Assembly: GCA_023653145.1 (NCBI GenBank)
Contig: JAMNXM010000002.1
Location: 13,268 to 37,267, forward strand
DNA length: 24,000 nucleotides
Reading direction: 5' to 3'
Source: Minisyncoccota bacterium
GTDB taxonomy: Bacteria; Patescibacteriota; Minisyncoccia; Phycocordibacterales; Phycocordibacteraceae
Shown: positions 1 to 7,385 of the stretch, one piece after another
Numbering within the stretch: the stretch's first letter is position 1
Layout of the letters: every line of letters starts with the position of its first letter
The notes under the pieces: generated by a model
Database searches by the model: none
The model's input: the letters and a program-made list of their open reading frames with translations, nothing else
What the model was told of the DNA's origin: nothing
Program-made: the position numbers and the translations under genes

Positions 1-1204
1 GATCTCCCAGGTCGCGCGAAGCCATCTTTTCGAGTGCTTGCTCGCGCATATCATTGATTAAAGACTCGCCTGTTACCACATCTCCTTTACGAGATGACAT
101 TTTGCCCGTCGTGAGCACCATCATGCCATGCGAGATATGTACCGTTTTTGCGGCCACGTCAGGCAAGACCTCCGCCATTGCCGCAAGTACTACTTTGAAA
201 AAACCGTCTTGCTCGTTTGCGGTCACGATGACTGAGCGGTCGAGTTTCTCCTTTTCAAACTTTGTCTTGTCGAGTCCCAACTCCTTCGTCTCATACGTTG
301 GAGTTTGCGCTTTGGTAATGAATACGCGTGTGTGAAGCCCTACCTTCTCGCCCTTGTATACGACGGCGCCATCACTCTCTTCAAACACACCCTGGGTGAG
401 CCCCTCTTTGACTACCTCAATACCAACAGGCCCCACCTCACTTTCAAAAAAGTAGTGATTAAATTTTGTCCCGAGGAGTGCATACAGTTCTTCAAAATGT
501 TCGAGCGACGCTTTGCGCCCCGCGTCGTAGATCGGTTGTAGTTCTGGGTCCTTTGCGTAGAGCCTTTTGTTTATGTCGTCGATCTCTTGCTTTGCAGTTG
601 GGTCGCTCTCGTACGCCGACGAACCATACACATATGCTTCTCCGAGTGCGGCAATATCATTTGGGTCAAACTGCTTCTGCATGACTCCCCACACACACTT
701 CGCAACATGCGGACCAATGTCGCCTTGATAGTTTGCTCTCACCACCACTGCGCCAGAGTACTCAGCAAGTCGCGCTAAAGACTCACCGAGCGTGTTGCTC
801 ATCAGGTGCCCAATATGAAATACCTTAAATGGGTTTGGGTCCGTGTACTCGTACATCACTCGCTTCCCTGCGAGTAAGCCACCCTTACCCCACTCCGAAC
901 CGATTGCGGCGATATCAACTACCGTTGACGCAACGAACGCACGCGTGAGGTAAAAGTTAATAAACCCAAGGCCAGCAACCTCAACCTTTTCAACGCCGTC
1001 GATAGTGCCCACTGCAGCAACCACTTCTTCCGCAAGCGCCTTCGGATTCTTCTTCGCTGCTTTTGCAGCGGCAAGCGCGACGTTTGTCGCAAAGTCGCCA
1101 TGCGCTAACTCAGTTGGGTGTTCAAGTGCTGGAGTGACACCCTCAATACCAAGCCCAGTGAGGGCTTTCTGTAGCGCGGCAGTAATGCGAGCCGCTATGT
1201 CCAT
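1..1204 (-). CDS. argS: arginine--tRNA ligase, N-terminal ~401 codons (3' end runs off the left edge of the window)
   Basis: Absent from the ORF track because it is open at the window edge. My reverse-strand translation from ATG 1204..1202 reads MDIAARITAALQKALTGLGIEG...YTDPNPFKVFHIGHLMSNTLGES (class I HIGH motif)...TTGKMSSRKGDVVTG (KMSKS-type loop). It lies 7 nt downstream of the glyA stop on the same strand. Confidence 0.85.
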   Translation of the reverse strand, partial: MDIAARITAALQKALTGLGIEGVTPALEHPTELAHGDFATNVALAAAKAAKKNPKALAEEVVAAVGTIDGVEKVEVAGLGFINFYLTRAFVASTVVDIAAIGSEWGKGGLLAGKRVMYEYTDPNPFKVFHIGHLMSNTLGESLARLAEYSGAVVVRANYQGDIGPHVAKCVWGVMQKQFDPNDIAALGEAYVYGSSAYESDPTAKQEIDDINKRLYAKDPELQPIYDAGRKASLEHFEELYALLGTKFNHYFFESEVGPVGIEVVKEGLTQGVFEESDGAVVYKGEKVGLHTRVFITKAQTPTYETKELGLDKTKFEKEKLDRSVIVTANEQDGFFKVVLAAMAEVLPDVAAKTVHISHGMMVLTTGKMSSRKGDVVTGESLINDMREQALEKMASRDLGD

Positions 1205-1211
1205 CTAGACA

Positions 1212-2483
1212 CTATACAAAAGATTCAGGAATTGGGAACTTCTGCGCAAGCGCCTTGATGTCGGCGCGCACCCTCTCCCTGAGCAACGCATCGTCTTTAT
1301 TCTTGAGCGTTTCTACCATAAGTTCTGCAACGTGGGCGCACTCTGCCTCGCCAAACTTGCGCGTGGTGATGGCCGGCGTACCAAAGCGGATGCCTGACGG
1401 ATCCATAGGCTTACGTGTATCATCCGCAATAGCATTTTTGTTGAGCGTAATCCCAACTTCATCCAAGACACGCTCTGCATCCTGTCCAGTCACTCCGAGC
1501 GAGCCATACACGTCAGCAAGAATCAGATGGTTTGAGGTGCCGCCGCCGAGCATGCGGATATTGTGCGCACGAAACACTGCCTCCATAGCCTTGGCGTTTT
1601 TGAGTACCTGCGTAGCGTAGACCTGGAACGATGGATGGAGTGCCTCACCGAACGCAACTGCCTTCGCCGCAACAACATTCATGTGTGGGCCACCTTGGAG
1701 GCCTGGGAACACTGCCTTGTCTATCTTCTTTGCCACTTCAGCATCGTCGCGCACCAAGACCATACCGCCGCGTGGTCCGCGCAGTGTTTTGTGCGTCGTC
1801 GTTGTCATAACGTCGAACCCGAAGTCAAACGGATTTTTAATCGCCTTCCCCGCGATGAGTCCTGCGATGTGCGCGATGTCCATTACTGCGTACGCTCCCA
1901 CCTCGCGCGCGATAGATACAAACTGCGCGTAGTCTAACTCGCGTGAGTATGCACTAAAGCCAGCCAACACTATCTTTGGTTTTTCTTTCTTCGCGACTTC
2001 ACGCATCTCGTCATAGTCTATTTCCCCAGTATCGGCATTCTTCATCTTGTATCGCACAAAGCGAAACACTTTAGACGGAAACGTCACTGGGTGACCGTGT
2101 GTTAAGTGTCCACCGTGCGAGAGGTCCATGCCGAGTACTGTGTCTCCTGGCTCAAGAAGTGCTGCGTACATCGCAAGATTCGCTGGTGCACCAGAGAGCG
2201 GTTGCACATTCGCAAACTGACAGTTAAACAACTTCTTTGCGCGCTCGCGTGCAATGTCCTCGACAACGTCGGTAAACTGCTGACCGCCGTAGTAGCGCGC
2301 ACCTGGGTAGCCCTCTGAATACTTGTTGGTAAACACACTCCCGTTCGCCTCGCGTACGGCACGGGACACATAGTTCTCTGATGGTATGAGCTCGAGCCCG
2401 TGCTTTTCTCGCTCCTCTTCTCCGTGGAGTGCTGCTGCTACTTCTGTATCCTGCGCTTCGATAGATGAATAGTCCATGGCCAT
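1212..2483 (-). CDS. glyA: serine hydroxymethyltransferase
   Basis: 423 aa ORF with SHMT hallmarks: LIPSENYVS, YPGARYYGG, LSHGGHLTHG, and TTTTHKTLRGPRGG containing the PLP lysine. Confidence 0.95.
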   Translation of the reverse strand: MAMDYSSIEAQDTEVAAALHGEEEREKHGLELIPSENYVSRAVREANGSVFTNKYSEGYPGARYYGGQQFTDVVEDIARERAKKLFNCQFANVQPLSGAPANLAMYAALLEPGDTVLGMDLSHGGHLTHGHPVTFPSKVFRFVRYKMKNADTGEIDYDEMREVAKKEKPKIVLAGFSAYSRELDYAQFVSIAREVGAYAVMDIAHIAGLIAGKAIKNPFDFGFDVMTTTTHKTLRGPRGGMVLVRDDAEVAKKIDKAVFPGLQGGPHMNVVAAKAVAFGEALHPSFQVYATQVLKNAKAMEAVFRAHNIRMLGGGTSNHLILADVYGSLGVTGQDAERVLDEVGITLNKNAIADDTRKPMDPSGIRFGTPAITTRKFGEAECAHVAELMVETLKNKDDALLRERVRADIKALAQKFPIPESFV

Positions 2484-2534
2484 ATGGTTAGTGTAATAAA
2501 TCGAGTATGGCTCAAGCGTCAGATCATACGCGTA

Positions 2535-3224
2535 TTATACCTTTGCTTTCAAAATGACATCCCACACCCGCTCATGTATCACTTCGCGCGGGAGTATCTC
2601 GTTGCCCTTGTTGCACACAATCTTGTGCCAGGCGCTCCCTGCTTGAATAATTTTAAGCGCCGACTTTTGTGCATTTGCAAGGTAGCGCATATCGTTCTCA
2701 ACCGTGTCCCACTTCCCTTTCAAATACTTCTTTTTATCGTTCGCAGATTTGGTGCGCAGGAGGAGTAGCGACAGTGCGACCGGAAGATGTAGATACACAA
2801 TGAGGTCCGGGCGCGGAATACCAAACACTTTATGCTCCATAGTATCGAGCCACTTGAGGAATATCCGCCGCTTTGCGGCGTTCTGTATCTTGCCACCTTG
2901 GTGCATTTGGTTAGCAGAGACGTACCGGTCAAGCACAACGTATGCGCCAGAGTTCAACGCGTCTTCAATTGCCTTTTTCGACTCAAACCGGTCTGCGGCG
3001 TAAAAGACAGATGCGATGTATGGGTCAAGGTGGAGGAAGTCACCATGGTCGCCTCGCAAACATGCACCAACGAACGCACCAAAAAAGTTATGCTCATACC
3101 GCGGGAAATCGAGGGTCACCACCTTCTTGCCAGCTTTTTTAAGACGCTCGACAAGAAGTTTCGTCTGGGTCGCCTTACCCACCCCGTCTGACCCGTCTAT
3201 AACTATGAGTTTCCCCCGCTTCAT
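2535..3224 (-). CDS. tmk: thymidylate (dTMP) kinase
   Basis: P-loop GKLIVIDGSDGVGKATQ, DRY motif (VLDRYVSAN) and a length typical of Tmk. The ORF track starts at GTG 3230. I prefer ATG 3224 (MKRGKLIVIDG) because a TACTAT hexamer sits exactly 6 nt upstream of it. Confidence 0.9.
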   Translation of the reverse strand: MKRGKLIVIDGSDGVGKATQTKLLVERLKKAGKKVVTLDFPRYEHNFFGAFVGACLRGDHGDFLHLDPYIASVFYAADRFESKKAIEDALNSGAYVVLDRYVSANQMHQGGKIQNAAKRRIFLKWLDTMEHKVFGIPRPDLIVYLHLPVALSLLLLRTKSANDKKKYLKGKWDTVENDMRYLANAQKSALKIIQAGSAWHKIVCNKGNEILPREVIHERVWDVILKAKV

Positions 3225-3230
3225 GTCCAC

Positions 3231-3236
3231 ATAGTA
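3231..3236 (-). promoter_or_regulatory. -10-like hexamer TACTAT, 6 nt upstream of the tmk ATG (leaderless geometry)
   Basis: Minus strand reads ggggTACTATgtggacATG. There is no purine-rich SD, and only 42 nt separate the tmk and thyA ATGs. Confidence 0.45.
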
Positions 3237-3254
3237 CCCCGAACCGTCCCACGG

Positions 3255-3260
3255 TACACT
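3255..3260 (+). promoter_or_regulatory. -10-like hexamer TACACT, 6 nt upstream of the thyA ATG (leaderless geometry)
   Basis: Plus strand reads cggTACACTgtgggtATGcag. The -35 region is weak. Confidence 0.4.
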
Positions 3261-3266
3261 GTGGGT

Positions 3267-4100
3267 ATGCAGGCCTACTTAGAGGTGATGGACAGAATTA
3301 TGAAAGAAGGTGTCGACCGCGAGGGACGGAACGGCACAACCCGCGCCTTATTTGCACAGCAGATACGGTTTGATTTTAAAGACGGCTTTCCTGCGGTGAC
3401 GACCAAGAAACTCGCATTCAAAGCAGTGAAGAGCGAACTCCTCTGGTTTTTGGAAGGATCAAACGATGATAATAGACTTAAGGAGTTGAATGGGAGTGAG
3501 CGCACTATCTGGACTGACAACGCTGAGGCCGACTACTGGACCCCTAAAGCCAAATTCTCAGGTGACCTTGGTCGTATCTACGGCGTGCAGTGGCGTACGT
3601 GGCAAGCACCTAATGGAAAGGTAGTCGATCAGATAGCGACGATCATAGATAAGATAAAGAATAACCCTACAGACCGCAGGCTCGTCGTGAGCGCATGGAA
3701 CCCCGGGGAACTTGATCAAATGGCACTCCCACCGTGCCACATGCTGTTTCAATTTTTCCCAAACCCAGGAACGAAAGAACTCTCTATACACATGATCCAG
3801 CGGTCATGTGACATGTTCCTTGGTGTACCGTTTAACATTGCCTCGTACGCACTCCTGCTTGCAATGGTCGCACAAGTCACTGGCTACAAACCAAAAGAGG
3901 TAGTCTTGAGCCTCAACGATGCACACATTTACCATGACCACTTTGATGCGGTGCGCGAGCAGTTGAGCCGCACCTCCTACCCACTCCCGACACTCAAACT
4001 AAACCCTGCCGTCACCGACATTAACGGATTTACGATGGATGATATAGAATTGGTCAATTACCAGTCCCACCCAGCGATAAAGGCAAAAATGATCGTATAG
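3267..4100 (+). CDS. thyA: thymidylate synthase (ThyA type)
   Basis: MQAYLEVMDRIMKEGVDREGRNGTTRALF..., RRLVVSAWNPGELDQMALPPCH (catalytic Cys), DMFLGVPFNIASYALL. The ORF track starts 2 codons earlier at GTG 3261. ATG 3267 aligns with the usual ThyA N-terminus. Confidence 0.95.
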   Translation: MQAYLEVMDRIMKEGVDREGRNGTTRALFAQQIRFDFKDGFPAVTTKKLAFKAVKSELLWFLEGSNDDNRLKELNGSERTIWTDNAEADYWTPKAKFSGDLGRIYGVQWRTWQAPNGKVVDQIATIIDKIKNNPTDRRLVVSAWNPGELDQMALPPCHMLFQFFPNPGTKELSIHMIQRSCDMFLGVPFNIASYALLLAMVAQVTGYKPKEVVLSLNDAHIYHDHFDAVREQLSRTSYPLPTLKLNPAVTDINGFTMDDIELVNYQSHPAIKAKMIV

Positions 4101-4102
4101 TT

Positions 4103-4777
4103 ATGGCACTTTCAGACAAAAAGATTTTGGAGCACATGAAGGCAGGCACCGTGGTGATTGAACCATTCATCCGTGAAAACCTCGCTACCTCAAGTTACGA
4201 TGTCACTATTGGCGAATGGTACTACCGCGAACAGCCACCAGTCGAGCACAACAAAGTATTTAACGTCTACTCCAAAGCGGACACTGAACGCGTCTGGGGT
4301 ACGAAGCCTGTGCGTGCCCTTCCTGCGAAGGAGGCGTTTAAGAACTTTGCATTTAAGTTTGAAGGTATCGCACCGACCGACCGCGTCATACTGCTCGAGC
4401 CAGGCGAGACCATCCTCGCGCACACGAACGAGTTTATTGGTGGCCGCGAGACCGTGACCACCATGATGAAGGCGCGCTCATCATTGGGCCGCAACTTCAT
4501 TAACGTCTGTAAGTGCGCTGGCTGGGGGGACGTAGGGTACGTCAACCGCTGGACGATGGAAATCTCGAACGCATCACAACACTACATAATTCCGCTCGTT
4601 GTCGGACGACGCATCGCGCAGCTCGTATTCTTTGAGACCGGTCCTATTGCTGGTAAAGACTACACTGCGGCGGGCAAATACCAAGTGACAACTGACCTCA
4701 AAAAATTGAAAAAAGCGTGGAAGCCCGACATGATGCTCCCACGACTTTGGAACGATCGCGATATCAAACATAAATGA
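4103..4777 (+). CDS. dcd: dCTP deaminase family protein (possibly bifunctional dCTP deaminase/dUTPase; not decidable by eye)
   Basis: 224 aa with an N-terminal LSDKKILEHMKAGTVVIEPF, KARSSLGRNFI, and GWGDVGYVNRWTMEISN (Dcd/Dut-fold catalytic Ser/Glu context). It starts 2 nt after the thyA stop. Confidence 0.8.
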   Translation: MALSDKKILEHMKAGTVVIEPFIRENLATSSYDVTIGEWYYREQPPVEHNKVFNVYSKADTERVWGTKPVRALPAKEAFKNFAFKFEGIAPTDRVILLEPGETILAHTNEFIGGRETVTTMMKARSSLGRNFINVCKCAGWGDVGYVNRWTMEISNASQHYIIPLVVGRRIAQLVFFETGPIAGKDYTAAGKYQVTTDLKKLKKAWKPDMMLPRLWNDRDIKHK

Positions 4778-5268
4778 CTCGCGTCTCTATAATCGCCGCC
4801 CTCGGCGAGAAGACACGAGCGCTTGGCAAAAATAACCAACTCCTCTGGCGCCTCCCTGAGGACTTAAAATACTTTAAGCAAACCACACTCGGGCACGCTG
4901 TCATCATGGGGCGCAAAACCTACGAGTCAATTGGCAAACCTCTCCCGAGCCGCACTAATATCGTCGTCACCCGTACCCCCACCTACAAGGCGGAGGGATG
5001 CAAAGTGGTTGGGTCATTGGATGACGCGCTCAAGTACGCCCAAGCACTCACGAACCCCGGCTCACCTGAATTGTTTATCATCGGTGGCGCCGACATCTAC
5101 GCGCAAGCGCTCCCCAAAGCTGACCGCCTGTACCTTACACTCGTTGACGACCCGGGCGAGGGTGCGGATGTGTTTTTCCCTGAATACGAAACGCTTTTTA
5201 CAAAAGTGATTTCTGAAGAGCGTGTAGCGGGCGCTATCCCCTCTCGCAGGGTTATTCTTGAGCGTTAG
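4774..5268 (+). CDS. folA: dihydrofolate reductase
   Basis: SIIAALGEKTRALGKNNQLLWRLPEDLKYFKQTTLGHAVIMGRKTYESIGKPLPSRTNIVVTR and LFIIGGADIYAQAL. There is a 4-nt ATGA overlap with dcd. Confidence 0.93.
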   Translation: MTRVSIIAALGEKTRALGKNNQLLWRLPEDLKYFKQTTLGHAVIMGRKTYESIGKPLPSRTNIVVTRTPTYKAEGCKVVGSLDDALKYAQALTNPGSPELFIIGGADIYAQALPKADRLYLTLVDDPGEGADVFFPEYETLFTKVISEERVAGAIPSRRVILER

Positions 5269-6001
5269 CACCTCCCTGCTTCCAGGGGGCTCTGGTTAGA
5301 AACGGGGCAAATATGTCTTCCTCCATCGGCACCTCAAATGACGTTGCTGTTTTTTTACGCTCAGTGTATGTGGTGCCAACGTAGGGTGCGTTTCGTATCC
5401 GCACCAGTGGCGTTTGCTCGTTCTGCTCCCCCATAACAAAGACCGCTGCGGCCGCGAGTGAGTCTGGAACATTGGTCTGAGAACCTCCTGACGTGTGACC
5501 TAAGAGGTCGACAGTCGCGCGATTATCGAAGAGCGGGTCGAACCCTGCCCACGCAAGCGCGGTGCCAACAACACCGCGTCTCAGTGGCACCGAGTGTGAG
5601 TCAGTAATAACGAGGTACAGAGTCTTGAGTTTGTACTCTTTCTTAAACCACTCAAGGAGTGCTCCTGCGGTCGCCTCTGGCTTCTCGGGCCAGAGCACGT
5701 AGTACCCCGCAAATGGGTCGATGCCGGCGTTCACGCAGAGCGTGTTGTTGGTAATGGTGTGCATGACCCACGACCCAGGCACCTCGGAGCGGTCAAGGTA
5801 CTGTGTTGATTCTTTTTTAATCAACTCGTCTTTGTCAGTCCCCTCTCGCGGGACACACCGACCTTGATGAATTGCTACCACCTTTGAGGCAATGCACACA
5901 ACGTCACCCTCTTGAAGAGACAATTCAGATTCTTTGATCTTTGCAAGCAAATCATCCTGCGGCGGCTCTAAAATGGCCATCTTAAATGGGTCAACTTGCA
6001 T
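5252..6001 (-). CDS. CofE-like gamma-glutamyl ligase (F420-0:gamma-glutamyl ligase family; likely folate-related given its context)
   Basis: 249 aa with EGDVVCIASKVVAIHQGR, NAGID, VITDSHSVPLRRGVVGTALAWAGF, and AAAAVFVMGEQNEQTPLVRIR, which matches the CofE layout. Its 3' end overlaps the convergent folA by 17 nt. Confidence 0.7.
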   Translation of the reverse strand: MQVDPFKMAILEPPQDDLLAKIKESELSLQEGDVVCIASKVVAIHQGRCVPREGTDKDELIKKESTQYLDRSEVPGSWVMHTITNNTLCVNAGIDPFAGYYVLWPEKPEATAGALLEWFKKEYKLKTLYLVITDSHSVPLRRGVVGTALAWAGFDPLFDNRATVDLLGHTSGGSQTNVPDSLAAAAVFVMGEQNEQTPLVRIRNAPYVGTTYTERKKTATSFEVPMEEDIFAPFLTRAPWKQGGANAQE

Positions 6002-6030
6002 ACGACACAGAGTACACTATTCGCAACAGA

Positions 6031-6056
6031 CTAAATAAAACCTCCGAGAGGAGGTT
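6031..6056 (-). terminator. rho-independent terminator downstream of rplK
   Basis: Minus strand reads AACCTCC-tctc-GGAGGTT followed by TTTATTTAG. Confidence 0.7.
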
Positions 6057-6121
6057 CTAGTTATGGTTTTGCCTGACCACAACTTGGGCAGGCCTCGCCA
6101 CGACTTCTCGGAACTCCGGCC

Positions 6122-6150
6122 GATAGATGTCTATTTAAACGACATCTATC
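6122..6150 (-). repeat. perfect 10-bp inverted repeat bracketing the rplK stop codon
   Basis: GATAGATGTC (6122-6131), a 9-nt loop tatttaaac holding the stop codon (6135-6137), then GACATCTATC (6141-6150). Confidence 0.8.
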
Positions 6151-6554
6151 CCCATCGATCGAGCAGTGCCGGCAATGATTTTCTCGGCCTGTGCCTGGTC
6201 GGTAGTGTTCAGGTCTGGCATCTTCTTCTTAGCGACTTCGGCAAGTTGTGCCTTGGTGATCTTCCCTGCCTTAATTGTTCCAACCTTGGTAGAACCCTTC
6301 TCGAGACCTACGGCCTTGAGGATGAGGCGAGACGCAGGAGACACCTTGAGGATAAAGCTGAACGAACGGTCATCCATCACTGAAAGCTCGACAGGGATGA
6401 TGTCGCCGCGCATATCCTTGGTGCGATCGTTGAACTCCTTAACAAACTGTCCAATGTTAACGCCGGCAGGACCGAGTGCGGTACCTACTGGAGGCGCAGG
6501 GGTTGCTGCACCACCCGCGATCTGCAATTTAATCTTTTTGACTACCTTTGCCAT
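6135..6554 (-). CDS. rplK: 50S ribosomal protein L11
   Basis: [45 protein letters not shown] is the canonical L11 N-terminus. Confidence 0.97.
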   Translation of the reverse strand: MAKVVKKIKLQIAGGAATPAPPVGTALGPAGVNIGQFVKEFNDRTKDMRGDIIPVELSVMDDRSFSFILKVSPASRLILKAVGLEKGSTKVGTIKAGKITKAQLAEVAKKKMPDLNTTDQAQAEKIIAGTARSMGIDVV

Positions 6555-6572
6555 AGAGTTCGGTTATTGTAC

Positions 6573-7115
6573 TTAAATTTTACGAATTTGCAAAAAGTCG
6601 AGTTCGACTGGTGTTTCGCGTCCGAACATGGACACCAAGACCTTAATCTTGCCCTTCTCCTCATCTATCTCACCCACCTTGCCCTCGAGGTCCTTAAATG
6701 GTCCATCAGTCACTATGACCGGCTCGCCGATTGAGAAATCGATCTTGTGCTTCACGGTGTCATTTGACATGCGCTTGAACAAGAAATCAACCTCCTCTTG
6801 AGTGAGTGGTACTGGTGTTACGCCGCTCCCCACAAAGCCGGTGACGCGTGGTGTATTGCGCACCACAAACCATGACTCGTCGTCTACCACCATGTCGACC
6901 ATGATGTAGCCTGGGTACACCTTTTCTTCGACGGTGTGGCGCTTACCGCCTACAACCTTGATCTTCTTTTCTGTCGGAATGACCACATTAAAGATCTTGT
7001 TCTGCATACCCAAAGACTCGATACGCTGCTTGAGGTTACGCAACACTGCGTTCTCATACCCCGAGTAGGTGTGCACCGCGTACCACGCGCGCCCGACTGA
7101 ATCTTGTTTAGACAT
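6573..7115 (-). CDS. nusG: transcription termination/antitermination factor NusG
   Basis: WYAVHTYSGYENAV (NGN domain) and a C-terminal KOW region (GEPVIVTDGPFKDLEGKVGEID). It sits in the conserved secE-nusG-rplK order. Confidence 0.95.
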   Translation of the reverse strand: MSKQDSVGRAWYAVHTYSGYENAVLRNLKQRIESLGMQNKIFNVVIPTEKKIKVVGGKRHTVEEKVYPGYIMVDMVVDDESWFVVRNTPRVTGFVGSGVTPVPLTQEEVDFLFKRMSNDTVKHKIDFSIGEPVIVTDGPFKDLEGKVGEIDEEKGKIKVLVSMFGRETPVELDFLQIRKI

Positions 7116-7118
7116 AGT

Positions 7119-7298
7119 TTAGATGATTTGCTCAAGACCGAAGGTAAAGACTGCATCAGCCGCACCAAGCACAAGCGCAACAATAACCACAATGAGGATC
7201 ACAAGCCCTGTAAACCCAACTGCCTGAGACACGGTGGGCCACGAGACGTGGGTCAACTCGCTCTTAACATCACGAAGATATTGAATGAATGCGTTCAT
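7119..7298 (-). CDS. secE: preprotein translocase subunit SecE (59 aa, below the ORF-track cutoff)
   Basis: My translation is MNAFIQYLRDVKSELTHVSWPTVSQAVGFTGLVILIVVIVALVLGAADAVFTFGLEQII. It has the typical SecE motif (E..KV.WP) plus one TM helix, and lies directly upstream of nusG. Confidence 0.85.
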   Translation of the reverse strand: MNAFIQYLRDVKSELTHVSWPTVSQAVGFTGLVILIVVIVALVLGAADAVFTFGLEQII

Positions 7299-7327
7299 AG
7301 TCGTATTGTCCCACAGAAGGCCTCCTA

Positions 7328-7356
7328 TAAAAAAAGCCCTGCGGGGGCTTTTTTTA
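7328..7356 (-). terminator. rho-independent terminator after the SIMPL gene (A/T-flanked, potentially bidirectional)
   Basis: aaaaaAGCCC-tgcgg-GGGCTttttttt. On the minus strand the hairpin is followed by a T-run. Confidence 0.75.
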
Positions 7357-7385
7357 TACTACCAAACTCGCACCAAAATGCAAGA

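Noticed and set aside
54-1208. Several plus-strand ORFs of 60-93 aa in the ORF track, and a 60-aa minus-strand ORF at 919-1101.
   Set aside because: All lie inside or antisense to the edge-truncated argS reading frame, which translates cleanly with HIGH and KMSKS-type motifs. They have no family features.
2484-2534. Possible riboswitch (ZTP, THF or glycine type) in the glyA leader, and the 10-nt palindrome ATACGCGTAT.
   Set aside because: The intergenic region is only 51 nt and lacks the conserved ZTP or THF core sequences I can recall. The palindrome is short and isolated.
6019-6025. TTCGCAA half-site of the operon palindrome upstream of the CofE-like gene, with further copies at 2209-2215 and 19874-19880, as possible extra operator sites.
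   Set aside because: These are isolated 7-mers with no inverted partner. About three occurrences are expected by chance in 24 kb on both strands.
7318-7327. AGGAGG on the minus strand upstream of secE as a Shine-Dalgarno site.
   Set aside because: It lies about 24 nt from the ATG, which is too far, and it abuts the terminator T-tract.
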